Source: Acutalibacteraceae bacterium (GTDB lineage: Bacteria; Bacillota; Clostridia; Oscillospirales; Acutalibacteraceae). Taken from it: 55,211 bases of DNA. Location: positions 1-55,211 of the forward strand of contig JAZNWP010000048.1 of assembly GCA_045593385.1 (NCBI GenBank), read 5' to 3'. Both the position numbers and the translations under genes were made by a program. Below the pieces are notes generated by a model. The model searched no databases and had not been told where the DNA came from. It saw only the letters and a list, made by a program, of their open reading frames with translations. Shown here piece by piece: positions 54,414 through 55,211 of this stretch (position 1 is the first letter of the stretch; the number at the start of each line of letters is the position of its first letter).

Positions 54414-54656
54414 TTATTCTGTCAATAGATGTGCGGCAGCAGGCAATTCTGTTACAATATGCTCTAATTCTCCATTAAATTCATATTCTTTTTTACATTT
54501 TTTACATAACCAATGACTTAAAGTGAGATATCCATCAATTAAATTCATTGATTGCTTACAATATGGACATTTTAAAGGAGTAATACCGGGTCTTAACCGA
54601 ATTGCTTCAATGCCTTCGAGTGTTTTTATATCTTTAACACCATAATCTATTGACAT
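54414..54656 (-). CDS. 80-aa ORF whose first ~24 aa duplicate the GyrB N-terminus (IKTLEGIEAIRLRPG), then a Zn-ribbon (CPYC...CKKC)
   Basis: The shared 15-aa core (IKTLEGIEAIRLR) is identical to GyrB 51649..53586 at protein level; differs at synonymous sites (att/ata, aag/aaa, tta/ctc, aga/cgg ...). Own promoter upstream. Confidence 0.5.
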   Translation of the reverse strand: MSIDYGVKDIKTLEGIEAIRLRPGITPLKCPYCKQSMNLIDGYLTLSHWLCKKCKKEYEFNGELEHIVTELPAAAHLLTE

Positions 54657-54693
54657 AGCTTAAAATCCTTTCTATTTTTTATTTTACAAATAT

Positions 54694-54722
54694 ATTATAC
54701 CATATTTTTTTTAAAAAATCAA
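54694..54722 (-). promoter_or_regulatory. promoter TTGATT-N17-TGGTATAAT; copy 3 of the conserved element
   Basis: Reverse complement reads ttgatt ttttaaaaaaaatatgg tataat, upstream of ORF 54414..54656. Confidence 0.5.
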
Positions 54723-54731
54723 TTAAGAAAA

Positions 54732-55211
54732 TCAGAATAATCCCTCAATTTGATTTTTATCATTAACAAAAATAAAGTTTGCGGCAGGAACTTTCGGCAA
54801 ACCAGGCATTGTCATAATTTTTCCACAAATAATTACTATAAATCCAGCACCTGCAGACAATCTTACTTCATTAACTTTAATGGAGAAATCTTCGGGTGCT
54901 CCTAATAAAGTTGCGTCATCACTAAAGCTATATTGTGTTTTTGCTATGCAAATTGGTAATTTATCATAACCAAGAGAAGTGATTTTTTCTATCATACGTT
55001 CAGCTTCTTCTGAATAAATTACATCATTAGCCCCATAAATATTATGCGTAAGATTATAAATTTTTTGCTTTATATCTTGATTGATGTCATATGGATGAGT
55101 TAAAACGCCAGTATCTTGTTGAATTGCGTCAAGCACTTCCCAAGCCAGGGCTTCCGCACCTTTCCCGCCTCGCGCAAAAGAATCACATACAACGCAAGGA
55201 ACTTTTATATC
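54732..55211 (-). CDS. fhs: formate--tetrahydrofolate ligase, 3' portion (gene continues beyond the window end)
   Basis: ...ARGGKGAEALAWEVLDAIQQDTGVLTHPYD...LPICIAKTQYSFSDD...EVRLSAGAGFIV...TMPGLPKVPAA...IEGLF is the characteristic FTHFS C-terminus. Frame is open to base 55211. Slightly higher GC than the phage average. Confidence 0.65.
   Translation of the reverse strand, partial: DIKVPCVVCDSFARGGKGAEALAWEVLDAIQQDTGVLTHPYDINQDIKQKIYNLTHNIYGANDVIYSEEAERMIEKITSLGYDKLPICIAKTQYSFSDDATLLGAPEDFSIKVNEVRLSAGAGFIVIICGKIMTMPGLPKVPAANFIFVNDKNQIEGLF

Noticed and set aside
53586-54420. Group I intron interrupting gyrB with the GIY-YIG ORF in a loop
   Set aside because: Could not identify P/Q/R/S conserved cores or a plausible P1 pairing by eye. 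The downstream gyrB ORF already has a complete N-terminus with its own start. Kept as an open alternative in the finding rather than a feature.
1-55211. TGA reassignment (code 4) or true gene fragmentation as the explanation for broken ORFs
   Set aside because: All internal interruptions of otherwise colinear homolog-matching frames are TAG. TGA and TAA occur only where a gene plausibly ends (followed by SD plus ATG), and no long ORF contains an in-frame TGA.

Overview
Very AT-rich (roughly 30% GC) window that reads as part of a large virulent-type phage or prophage genome of a low-GC Gram-positive-like host. Layout: bases 1-19050 carry plus-strand late/structural genes (tail-fibre-like proteins, a 1966-aa multidomain fibre, a holin-like gene, and a higher-GC accessory cassette). 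Bases 19097-55211 carry a minus-strand replication and nucleotide-metabolism module: DnaE-type polymerase, DnaB-like and Dda/RecD-like helicases, DnaG-type primase, NAD-ligase, type IIA topoisomerase A and B subunits, RNase H, RecJ-like DHH nuclease, RuvC-like resolvase, NrdD/NrdG, ThyA, DHFR, dUTPase, a guanylate-kinase-like protein, Dam methyltransferase, two GIY-YIG nucleases and a DUF559-like endonuclease. The two blocks converge on a bidirectional terminator near 19050-19100. The dominant signal is that TAG is not a stop codon here. Dozens of long reading frames on both strands are interrupted only by in-frame TAG codons, including two adjacent TAGs at 1642-1647. They end at TAA or TGA and are immediately followed by a Shine-Dalgarno sequence plus ATG. 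Alignment of TAG positions in ThyA (B. subtilis ThyA-type 'FNVFQYN' motif) and NrdG ('FFxQGC' of glycyl-radical activases) favours TAG->Gln (code-15-like). The provided ORF track therefore fragments most late genes, and I re-stitched them. Core replisome genes contain no TAG at all, whereas late/structural genes carry up to about 25 each. No suppressor tRNA or release-factor gene is visible in this window. Other notable content: a giant fibre combining LamG, CotH-kinase-like, LRR and Listeria-Bacteroides repeat domains; a GIY-YIG homing endonuclease sitting between gyrB and a diverged, protein-conserved duplicate of the gyrB 5' end; two classes of consensus sigma70-type promoters in the early region; and a formate-THF ligase gene at the window edge.
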